A stretch of DNA of 64,000 bases, from the NCBI GenBank assembly GCA_024679065.1, contig JAGIQG010000012.1:87110001-87174000 (forward strand), given 5' to 3'. A program made the translations under genes and the position numbers. Positions 37,501 to 49,500 of this stretch are shown in pieces. The number at the start of each line of letters is the position of its first letter. Within the stretch, counting starts at the first letter, position 1. This DNA is from Sphyrna mokarran (taxonomy: Eukaryota). The notes under the pieces were generated by a model, which saw only the letters and a list, made by a program, of their open reading frames with translations, searched no databases and was not told where the DNA came from.

Positions 37501-40500
37501 GATGTTGCCAATAACAGTTACATTCTGACCATCAGAGATGTGCAGCTCAGTGACTCCGAAGTCTATATGTGTGGGATTTGGGGACGTATCTTTGGAAGCG
37601 GAACCTGGCTGAATGTGACCAGTGAGTATTTTCTCTGCTTTTATTCCAAATTTTACCACACAATCATCTGATGTTTAGATAAATATGATAAAACATTACT
37701 TTTTAAGCTAATGATGCTGGGTGAACATTTTAATCACACGATAGAGTTAAATCTGGGTCAAACCCAACTGGGGGATTTTCATTGAACAAATGAGTAAGTG
37801 TAAACGATACAAAAAAATCTCACAGAGAATTCAGTCACTCCAAGAAAACAAGCAGTAAAACAGATAGCATTTTGTAGGGAATTGATTGAAGAATCATTAT
37901 GTCTGGTAGAGGAAAAGGAGGCAAAGGGGCTGGCTAAGGACAGAGCTAAGTGTGTACAGTACTGTACTGTGTACAATTCCAGGCAGCCTATTATAGAAAG
38001 GATATTATTAAACTAGAAAGAGTGCAGGAAAGATTTGCCAGGATGCTAATGGAACATCCTCCCCCCTTCCCTAGCCTAAAAAGAGAGAGAGAGAGAGACT
38101 CAGAGGAAGAGCAGGTAAGTTTGTTTGTGTTTTTGTTTGATGAGCTCTAAGGGCTTTGCCTCTCAGGGCTTAAGCAAAAGGGTGAGGCAGGGTAAGTTTA
38201 TAAGTTTTTTTTAGTACCTTTTTCTCTCCTGTATTTCTGAAAAGAGACAATTATGACTCTGAGGCCAGTATATTGTAGCCAGTCAATACGTGGGAGGTCC
38301 GGGAGGCTCCTGGTTTCCCAGACATCCATGTCTGTGCTCGGTGTGAGGAGCTGCGGATCCTATGGGACCGGGTTAAGGAACTGGAACTGCAGCTCGAGGA
38401 TCCTCGTCTCATTAGAGAGAATGAGGAGGCAACTGACAGGAGCTACCAGCAAGTGGTCACACCAGGGCACTGGGAGGAAGGCAAGCGGGTAACTGTTAGG
38501 AAGGGGAAAGCTCGTGTGATGGAGAGCATCCCAGTGGATGTCCCCCTTCATAACAAGTACTCGTGTCTGAGTGCTGCTGGGGGGGACAGCTCACCTGGGG
38601 GAGGCAGCAGTAGCCGCGTCTCTGGAGCTGAGCCCGACCCAGTAGCACCAAAAAGTAAAGAGAAGAGAAGGGCCGTGTTAATAGGGGACTCCATAGTGAG
38701 GGGGTCAGACAGGCGTTTTTGCGGACGCAGACGGGAGTCACGGATGGTGATCTGCCTCCCTGGAGCTGGGATCCGGGATGTCTCTGGACGCATCCCAGAT
38801 ATCTTGAAAGGGGAGGGGGAGAAGCTGAAGGTTGTGGTCCATATAGGGACCACTGATGTAGGTAGGAAGAGGGAACGGGTCATGGAAAGGGATTATAGGG
38901 AACTAGATAGACAGCTGAGAAAGAGGAACGCAGAGGTAGTAATCTCAGGATTAGTGAGAGCAGGAATAGAATGAGGTGGAGGGTGAATGAGTGGCTGAGA
39001 GACTGGAGCAGGGGCAGGGGTTCCAGTTCCTGGATCATTGGGACCTCTTTAGGGGCACGCGTGACCTGTACAGTAAAGACGGGTGGCACTTAAATCCCAG
39101 GGGGACCAATATCTTGGCGGGGAGGATGGCTAGTGCTTCTGAAGGGACTTTAAACTAGAAAGGTTGGGAGGAGGGAATCAAGATGAGGTGACTGGGAGCG
39201 AGGAGGTTAGCTCCCTAGTAGAGAAGGATTATAGACAATATGAGAGGGAGGTTAGACAGGTGATGGAGAAGGGAAGCGCCCAGACTGAGGGTCTGAGATG
39301 TGTCTATTTTAATGCCAGGAGTGTAGTGAATAAAGTGGATGAGCTCAGGGCCTGGATTGCTGTTTGGAAATGTGATGTGGTGGCCATTACAAAGACTTGG
39401 ATGTCTCAGGGACAGGACTGGGTACTTCAGGTGCTAGGATTTAGATGCTTCAGGAATGACAGGGAAAGAGGTAGAAGAGGTGGGAGACTGGCATTGTTGA
39501 TTAGGGACAGTGTCACAGCTGTAGAGAAGGAGGATGCCATGGAGGGACTGTCTACGGAGTCTCTGTGGATGGAAGTTTGCCTGACGAAGACAAAAGTCAA
39601 AAACTCGCAGATTTACTGTCAAATAAATCGGTTGGATTTAAAATTGGTGTTGCCAGAGTCTTACTGAGTTTACCCCAGTCCAACACCGCATCTCTACATC
39701 ATGGAAGTTAGGAACAGCAAAGGGTCGAAAACTTTGCTGGGTATTTTTTATAGGCCGCCCAATAGTGACAGGGATGTTGAAGTGCAGATAGGGAAACAGA
39801 TCCTAGAGAGATGTAGAAATAACAGAATTGTCATGATGGGAGACTTTAATTTCCCAAACATTGACTGGAATATCCCCAGGGTAAGGGGTTCGGATGATGA
39901 GGAGTTTGTTAGGTGTGTTCAGGAGGGTTTCCTGACACAGCATGTGGATAAACCTACGAGAGGAGAGGCTGTACTTGACCTGGTGCTGGCTAATGAACCA
40001 GGACAGGTGTCGGATCTCTCAGTAGGAGAGCATCTCGGGAATAATTCTATCTCCTTCACGATAGCATAGGAAAGAGATAGGATCAGGCAGGATAGGAAGG
40101 TGTTAATCTGGAGTAGGGGGAAATATGAAATCATTAGGCAGGAAATTCGACGAATAAACTGGAAGGAGATGTTCTTGGGGAAAAGTACTGAAGGAAAGTG
40201 GCAGATTTTCAAGGAATGTTTGTCTGGAGCTCTGTACGACAACGTTCCGGTGAGACAAGGAGGTTTTGGTAGATCAAGAGAACCATGGTGCACAAAGGGT
40301 TGTGATGAATCTAGTTAGGAAGAAAAGAAAGTTGTATAATAGGCTCAGGGAGCTAAAGGATGTTAAGGATCTAGAGGCGTATAAGACTTGTAGAAGGGAG
40401 CTTAAAAAGGACATTAGAAGAGCCAGAAGGGGTCTCAAGAAGGCTTTGGCGGGTAGGATTAAGAAGAATCCCAAGGCATTCTACAAATATGTGAAGAGTA

Positions 40501-43500
40501 AAAGGATGAGAAGAGAAGGGATAGGACCTATAAAAGGTGAAGGGGGAAAAGTCTGTGTGGAACTAGAAGAAATGGCAGAGGTGCTTAATAAGTACTTTGC
40601 CTCAGTATTCACAGTGGAGAGTGATCTGGGGGGTTGTACTACAGGAATGCGGCAAACTGAAAAGATTGAGTATGTGACCATTAAGAAAGAGGAGGTGTTG
40701 GAACTGTTAAATTCCATCAAGATAGATAAGTTGCCGGGTCCAGATGGGATGTACCCCAGGTTACTGTGGAAAGTGATTGCAGAGCCCCTGGCGATGATCT
40801 TTGCATCGTCGATGGAGACGGGAGAGGTTCCGGAAGATTGGAGGATTGTGGATGTGGTGCCTATTTTCAAGAAGGGGAATAGGGATAGTCCTGGAAATTA
40901 CCGAACAGTGAATCTGACCTCAGTGGTCGGTAAGTTGATGGAGAGGATTCTGAGAGATAGGATTTATGAGCATTTAGAGAAATTCAATATGATCAGGAAT
41001 AATCAACACGGCTTTGTTAAGGGCAGATCGTGCCTTACGAGTCTAGTTGAATTCTTCGAAAATGTGACTGAACACATTGACAAAGGAAGAGCAGTGAACG
41101 TGGTGTACATGGACTTCAGCAAGGCGTTTGACAAGGTCCCACATGCAAGACTTCTTGAGAAGGTGAGAGGGCATGGGATCCAAGCGGCTTTGGCCTTGTG
41201 GATCCAGAACTGGCTTGCCTGCAGAAGGCAGAGAGTAGTTGTGGATGGGCCTTCTTCTGCATGGAGGTCAGTCAGCAGTGGAGTGCCCCAGGGATCTGTT
41301 CTAGGACCCTTGCTGTTTGTCATTTTCATAAATGACCTGGATGAGGAAGTGGAAGGATGGGTTAGTAAGTTTGCCAACGATAAGAAGGTCGGTGGTGTTG
41401 TGGATAGTCTGGAGGGATGTCTAAAGTTGCAGCGAGACATAGATGGGATGCAAGACTGGGCTGAGAAGTGGCAGATGGACTTCAACATGGATAAATGTGT
41501 GGTGGTCCATTTTGGCAGGACTAATGGGATGAAGCAGTATAATATCAAGGGTAGGAGTCTTGGCAGTGTTGAGGAGCAGAAGGATCTTGGGGTCCGGGTC
41601 CATAGGACTCTTAAGTCTGCCCCGCAAGTGGAGGATGTGGTCAAGAAGGCATATGGTGCACTGGCCATCATTAATAGAGGGATTGAGTTTAGGAGTCGGG
41701 AGGTAATGCTGCAACTTTATAAGACCCTTGTCAGACTTCACTTGGAGTATTGTGTGCAGTTCTGGTCGCCTCACTATAGGAAAGATGTGGAAGCTATTGA
41801 GAGAGTGCAGAGGAGATTTACAAGGATGTTGCCAGGATTGGGGGGCATGTCTTTTGAAGATAGGTTGAGAGAGCTAGGTTTCTTCTCCCTGGAGAGACGA
41901 AGGTTGAGAGGTGACCTGATAGAGGTTTATAAGATGTTGAGAGGAATAGATAGAGTGGATTCTCAGAGGCTATTTCCCAGGTATGAAATGGTCGCTATGA
42001 GAGGACACAGGTTTAAGGTGCTGGGGGGCAAGTACAGAGGAGATGTTAGAGGTGAGTTTTTCACTCAGAGGGTGGTGAGTGAGTGGAATCGGCTGCCGTC
42101 AGTGGTGGTAGAGGCGAACTCGCTGTGGTCTCTTAAAAGACTTCTGGATGAGTACCTGGGATTTAATGGGATTGGGAGTTACAGATAGTTCTATGGCCTG
42201 GTAAGTATAGATATGATCGGCACAACTTGTGGGCCGAAGGGCCTGTTTGTGTTGTAGTGTTCTATGTTCTACGTTCTATGATAGTTTGAGTTATAAGGAG
42301 AGGCTGGATAGACTGGGACTTTTTCCCCTGGAACGTAGGAGGGTGAGGGGTGATCTTGTGCAGGTCTATAAAATAATGAGGGGCACAGATCAGCTAGGAG
42401 TCAATATCTTTTCCCAATGGTAGGAGAGTCTAAAACTAGCGGGCAGAGGTTTAATGTGAGGGGGGAGGGCGGCAATTTCTTCACTCAGAGAGTGGTGTCT
42501 GGAACAAGCTGCCAGAGGTAGTACGAGATGCAGGTTCAATTTTGCCTTTTAAAAAGCGTTTAAACAGTTACATGTTTGAAATGGGTATAGAGGGATAAGG
42601 GTCAAAAGCAGGCAATTGGGAATAGCGTAAGGATTTAAAAGAAGCGACCAGTTTCCACGCTGTAAACCTCTATGATTCTGAAGTGGCAGTGCCAAGTGTT
42701 TCATAATAATAATGTTAATCTCTCAGATTGATTCAGGAAAATTAAGGAATGTGAAATTGACTTTCATAACAACTGAACAATTAAAAAGGTGAGACGTTAT
42801 CGAGCCCCCTCCCAGGAAACTCTCTAATAATGGAATTCCACAAGACTCTCCTCCATGGACTTGGAATTTGGATATTGGGAATGTAACAGGTCTGGGAGGC
42901 TGTGACCTGGAGGGGGGAACACTCCGCCAAGAAGACTGAAATCTGTAAACTAAAAATGTACCATTTACACAGACAAACAAATATAAAACAAAAATATGAG
43001 TGTAAAAGGTGTCACCTCAAAGTCTCACCCAATAGGAAAATCTCAGAAAATCTCAGGGTGTTTTGCCGGTAATTCAGATTCCCTGCAGACAGTCGGGGCT
43101 GGATTTCATCAAGTGTGCTATTCCCAATGGCATCACCAAAAGTGTGAACCGCTTCTCTCTCTACCTTTCCCCATGAATTAAAATCGGGAGCACAGGCAGA
43201 TGTGGACAGATGTGGTTGTTTAAGGTCAAGGAAGCTTTTTATTGGCGAACTTTGCATCAGCTGATGAAGTTATATCTCCAGGTGGAATTTAAAATAACTT
43301 CCACAGTGATGGGGATCGGGGAGAAAGGATAGGGAAGTTGGGAATGGGAAGGGAGGTAGCAGGGATAGCTGGACATCTCAAAATCTTTGAGTTTTTCAGA
43401 TCAGAGCATTTGATGATTTATTTACTATTTCCCCAAAATAATGTCAGCTGATGGATTTTTCATTGAAACATTTGGGATATTCACAACCGTCGCACTATTT

Positions 43501-46500
43501 TTTTAAGTTGTTGATATGTTTCCTTTAAAGGTGCAAATGTTCCAGTCGTTATCCAGTCTCCGAGTGTGGAACGTGTCACAGAGGGTCAGACTGCCCGGTT
43601 ACAGTGCACCCTGAGGAACGCCGCAGTGACACTCACTGATGTTCACTGGTACCAGGAGCTACCTGGGAAAGATAGGGAGAGAGTTTTAACACAGGATACA
43701 ATGAACAACACACAATGGAACTCAAATTTCACTGGGCGCTTCCAGCCTTCTAGAGACAGTTCCAATAACAGCTTCATTCTGACAATCACCATGGTGCAGC
43801 CCAGTGACACTGCCGTCTATTACTGCTCAGTGTGGGGAGATATCAGTGGCAATGGGACACAGCTGAATGTAACCAGTAAGTATGTGAGATTTGGTTAAAT
43901 TCACAATGACATCACGGCACAGAGGGGAGTTCTGTAACCATACACTATCAGAAGGAAGGAGAATGGACTGGAGGATTGGGGTTGTGATGTTGTGACCTTT
44001 TCTCTGACCAATATTCCGTGGGCTGGGAGAATGACATTGTGAACTCTTTGTCCTATACACAGTTCACTTCTGAATAGAATTGATAAACCCAAAAATAAAT
44101 GATTTCTGTTATACAGGTAGGCATTGGAATTCTAAAGCGATTTTAAATTGGACATTACAAAGCATGAATGTGGGAATGATCTGTTGCAATATAACTTAGC
44201 AGTAGATTATTCAATAATTCTCACATTTTTCTTGTTGATTTGATTTGATTTATTATTGTCACATGAATTAGTATATAGTGAAAACTATTGCCTCTTACAC
44301 TTTACAATCAAAGCATCCTGTTCATAGAGAAGGAAAGATGTTGCTCAGTGTAGTGTTTCAGCCATAGCTAGGGTGTAGTGAAAGGTCAAATAAGTCCATT
44401 TAAAGTCTGATGTGAAAGTTCAGTCACAGTCGCAGTTAGTTATCACTAATTCCTTGAATCGATCACCAACTCACCCCACAAACATCAGCCCTGAACCATT
44501 CGAATCAATCTCTGTTGGACCCTCTCGAGCACCTTGTCATCCTCTCTGAAGTGTCACGTCCACAACTGGACGTATGGCTAACTGATATTTTATAATTTCC
44601 TTTTGTTTGGGTTTTGTTTCATATGAAGAATGTTCAGGGTTCAGCACGCATTTTCAAATGCCTTCTGAACTTGTTTGACTAGCTTGAAGAACTGTGATGA
44701 TATAACTTCCTCAGATCCTGAATCCTGTTTGGAATTGTAGAATTTAATCGCATTGCCTCCCCTCAAGCTAATGAAACTTTGCTACTTTCCGCTTCTCTGC
44801 AGTAAATTTTGTCTGTTATGTCTCCACCTATTTCACTAGTCTGTCAATGTCACCTGGAGCCTGTCACCATTCATCTCCTTGCTGCGTTACTGAGGTCATG
44901 TCCCCTCCCACCGAAATATCACCAGTGTGAAAAAACACAATTCTATTACCACTTTTTACATTACAAGACATTTGAAATTAATCATTACAGATGGTGCAAA
45001 GATATTTAAGTTTTTTTTTACATCAATCATTTTGCACTCTGAGCTGCTTCAATGCAGTTGTGCTACTGGTAATATTCACCATATAGATTCAATGTGAGTT
45101 ACACAGGCCGAGGGGATTTTATATAATTTCCCTCCCCTTGGTTCACTCTGGCTGAAAGGTCTATAGACAGTGACCTTCTGCAATTGTGCCTCTATGGTGT
45201 CTGCCCCAAGCTTGAGTGTGTCCCTCAGCATGTAGACCCAGACCTTGGAATGTGCCAGTCTGTAACACAAAGTCGAGGGCAATTTTTTATATTGGAAACC
45301 AACAACTTTGGGGCAGACTAAAGAACATTTTTTTGCCGAGCAGACACATATTTCTACCATCATACTGAGCTTCCCCTATTCTCTATCTCCCTGAGGAGGA
45401 GTCATTGAACACAGCCTCTGCACACACTTGTTTAAGATCCAGGCCAGAAATTACAAAGTGTTTTGTGAAGTTATCCTAGATCCTAAGTTTTCACATTTGC
45501 TTTGGCACAAGGTGTGATTCACACTCTAGTTACGAATCTAGGTATGATTTCTTTGATAAAAGGAAGCTTTTATTTAAGAACACAATTAGAATATAATAAA
45601 AAAGAATTAGCATAACTTTTTACCAATTACAAGACTTAAACACGACATAATGTAATTCCTAACAGCTAGCTATCTCTGTTGTTCCAATCCCACTGATATA
45701 GACTCATCTTCAGTCTTAGCACAGAAAGCAAGTATGCTCATGTGATACAGCATCTTCAGCTTTGTAACAGCTATGGATATGAATCCAGACCAGCTGTTTG
45801 TAGAGAAAGATACCCTCAAAACATCCAAACCTCAGAGAGGTAAACTTAATCTTAGACATACAGAGAATGGAAACTCCCACTCCAAAGAGAGGGAAAACCT
45901 TCTGAAAACAAAACTCAAAACTGGACTTTTCTGCGAAGCGTAGCTGCTCATAGACACATGACATAAACTGTCAATCACCCACAATCTATACTCTGCAATC
46001 CCTAAGGACAACTAAAACCACAGAATATTACATTAGTCCAGATTAAAATCAACACGATATCAATTATACTGCCTCAGTAACAATAAAGAAAACTGGCTAC
46101 AGACAACAAGGTGCTAACAAATTTCCAAGGGCTGCAGAAACATCCTGCAGAAAAATATCATTCAAATACCTTTCTTAAAAGCAGTGTCACACTCCTGCCA
46201 TCAGTTTTGAGAGGGCGTATGGGGAATGAGTCAATCATTCTCAGATTCAGATACGCACGTCCCAGCCTTACTTTGACATTGTTAAGAACATTAAACAAGA
46301 AAGGAATAAGACGGCTGTTTTTTGGACAGTCCCTTTTCACAAACTCACTTTACAGACAATGAAATACATTGAAATAATACAATAATTGAATATGATATAA
46401 TAATTAAATACAAAATAATTTAATTAATAATTAAATAATAAATATTAATAAATAAATAATTTAAATTTAATAATTTGAAATTTAATTTAAACTTTAAATT

Positions 46501-49500
46501 AAATTTAATTTAATAAATTTAAATTTAATAAATAAGTTAATAATTAAATAATAAGTATTAATTAATTATTTAATTAATAATTAAATACAATACAATATAA
46601 TAATTAAACACAATGAAATCCTTGCTCTAAGAAGCACATTTTGTCTTTCATTGCTAGAGGGATGGAGTTTAAAAACAGCGAGATTATGCTGCAGCTGTAC
46701 TCCAGATGAGGTCACACCTGGAGTACAGTGTGCAGTTTTGGAGGGAGGACAGAGGAGATTCACTCGGTTGATTCCAGAGCTGAGAGGGTTGGCTTATGAG
46801 GAGAGACTGAGTAGACTTGGGCAATACTCATTGGAATTCAGAAGAATGAGGGGAGATCTTATAGAAATATATAAGATTGTGAAGGGAATAGATAAGATAG
46901 AAGCAGGGAAGTTGTTTCCACTGGTGGTGAAACTAGAACTAGGGGGCATAGCCTCAAAATAAAAGTGGAACAGATTTAGGACTGAGTTGAGGAGGAACTT
47001 CTTCACACAAAGGGTTGTGAATCAGAGGAATTCCCTGCTCAGTGCAGCAGATAACGCTACCTCATTGAATGCTTTTAAGGCAAGGATGGAAACATTTTTG
47101 AATAGTAAAGGAATTAACAGTTACAATGCATGAAGAGATCAGCCATGATCTTATTGAATGGCGGGACAGGCTCGAGGGACCAGCTGGCCGACTCCTGCCC
47201 CTAATTCATGTTCTTATGAATGGCCAATTGGTTTAGAGATCTTTAAATAATGATGTGGGAGATTTCACATCTAACTGGACTTATTTTATCATCTCAGTTC
47301 CGTAATAGTTTGTCCTAAAGAGTTACTCTAATGCTGTACTGAGAGTTGATGGCCTATGGAATTCTCTGCACTGCGGACTGACTCCAAGAACAGATTGCTT
47401 CAGTAAACCACAGCTGACATTCTCGACCACTTTGTCCAGCCAATCAGCCTGGAATCTGGCATATTAAAGATAAATGAATTGTTGAATGTTGAATGATAGA
47501 GAAATGTATCAATGTGTGTTAAAGTTCCATCTATTTCCCACCCACAGCTCCATTGTCTGACCCAGTCCTCATGCAGTATCCAACAGTCAGCAAGGTGACA
47601 GAGGGTCAGACTGTCGACTTACAATGTGCCATGTACACTGCCAGTGTGATTGACACTGATGTCCACTGGCATTACCAGAGAGCTGGCTACCACAGTGAGT
47701 GGCTGATCAGCCAGTTTGTGAATGGCACCGTTACCAAGTCCCGGGATTCCCACCACCGTTTCCAGCCTTCCCGGAATGTCAACAGCAACAGCTACATTCT
47801 GACCATTGTGAATGTGACCCTCAATGATACAGCTGTGTACAGATGCAGTGTGTGGAGCTACATCTATGGAGCAGGGAGCCAGCTCAATGTCATTGGTAAG
47901 TCAATGCTAACTAACATTGTCAGATTGACAGAAACATTACTGGAACCAGTTAACTTACCCACAATAGCTTAGACAAATTATTTCATTGGACTTCATTTAT
48001 TATTGCTAATATAGTGAAAAGTATTGTTTCTTGTGCATTATGCATAACAAATGTGTAGAGTATAGGGCTAATGGTAGGACTCTCAATAGTGTTGATGATC
48101 AGAGGGATCTTGGTGTATATGTTAATAGATCCTTGAAAGTTGGCAATCAAGTCGATAAGGTTGTTAAGAAGGCATATGGAGTCTTAGCTTTTATTGGTAG
48201 GGGGATTGAATTTCGGAGCCTCAACGTCATGTTGCAACTGTACAAAACTCTAGTGCGGCCGCACTTGGAGTATTGTGTGCAGTTCTGGTCCCCACATTAT
48301 AAGAAAGATGTGGAGGCATTGGAGAGGGTACAGAGGAGGTTTACCAGGATGTTGCCTGGTATGGAGGGCAGGTCTTATGAAGAGAGGCTGAGGGATTTGA
48401 GGTTGTTTTCGTTAGAAAGAAGGCGGCTAAGAGGAGACCTTATTGAAACATATAAGATGATTAGAGGTTTAGATAGGGTGGACAGTGATAGCCTTTTTCC
48501 TAGGATGGAGAAAGCTAGCACGAGGGGACATAGCTTTAAATTAAGGGATGGTGGTTATAGGACAGATGTCAGAGGTAGGTTCTTTACCCAGAGGGTGGTA
48601 AGGGTATGGAATGCTCTGCCTGCGTCAGTTGTAGATGCACCAAGTTTGGTGGCGTTTAAGAGGTTAGTAGATAAGTTTATGGACGAGAAGGGAATGGTTT
48701 AGGTTAGAGGGTCATTGCTTGTTCCTAATTGGTTGGCGCAACATCGAAGGCCGAAGGGCCTGCTCTGCGCTGTAATGTTCTATGTTCTAAAGCATACCGT
48801 TCATAGAAAAGGAAATGAGAGAGTGCAGAATGTAGTCTTACAATCATAGCTGGGGTGTAGAGAAAGGGTGTAGAGAAAAATGGAACCATAAACAGACACA
48901 ATACTGTACTGGGTGTGGAATCGAGAGCCGGAATGTTCTTTGTAAAATGAAATATTCAAGAATTAAATAGTGGAGATATAGAATTGTAGAAACATAGTAG
49001 ATAGGAGCAGGAGGAGGCCATTCAGCCCTTTGAGCCTGATTCATTACTATCACAGCTGATCATCCAACTCAATAGCCTAATCCTGCTTTTTCCCCATTAA
49101 CCTTTGATCCCATTCACCCCAAGTGCTATATCCTGCTGCCTCTTGAATACATTCAATATTTTAGAACATAGAACATAGAACATTACAGCGCTGAACAGGC
49201 CCTTTGGCCTTCGATGTTGCGCCAACCAATTAAGAAAAAGCAATGACCCTCTAACCTAAACCATTCCCTTTCCATCCATAAGCCTATCCACTGACTACTT
49301 AAACGCCCCCAAACTTGGCGCATCTACAACTGCAGCAGGCAGGACATTCCATACCCTCACCACCCTCTTGGGTAAAGAACCTACCTCTGACATCCATCCT
49401 ATAACTACCACCCCTTAATTTAAAGCTATGTCCCCTCGTGCTAGCTTTCTCCATCCGAGGAAAAAGGCTATCACTGTCCACCCTATCTAAACCTCTAATC

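Noticed and set aside
40266-42188. 640-aa ORF as a host or domesticated gene
   Set aside because: It is an ordinary CR1 ORF2 with disrupted 5' part and catalytic FADD changed to FAND
47691-47730. CACAGTG heptamer inside V3 as a possible RSS
   Set aside because: It is mid-exon (His-Ser-Glu codons) with no nonamer at 12 or 23 bp; no RSS flanks any V exon
37268-47895. Interpretation as a rearranging Ig/TCR locus or IgNAR/NAR-TCR
   Set aside because: V and J are in single exons that splice in tandem to a TM exon; no C1 domain, D/J segments or RSS were found
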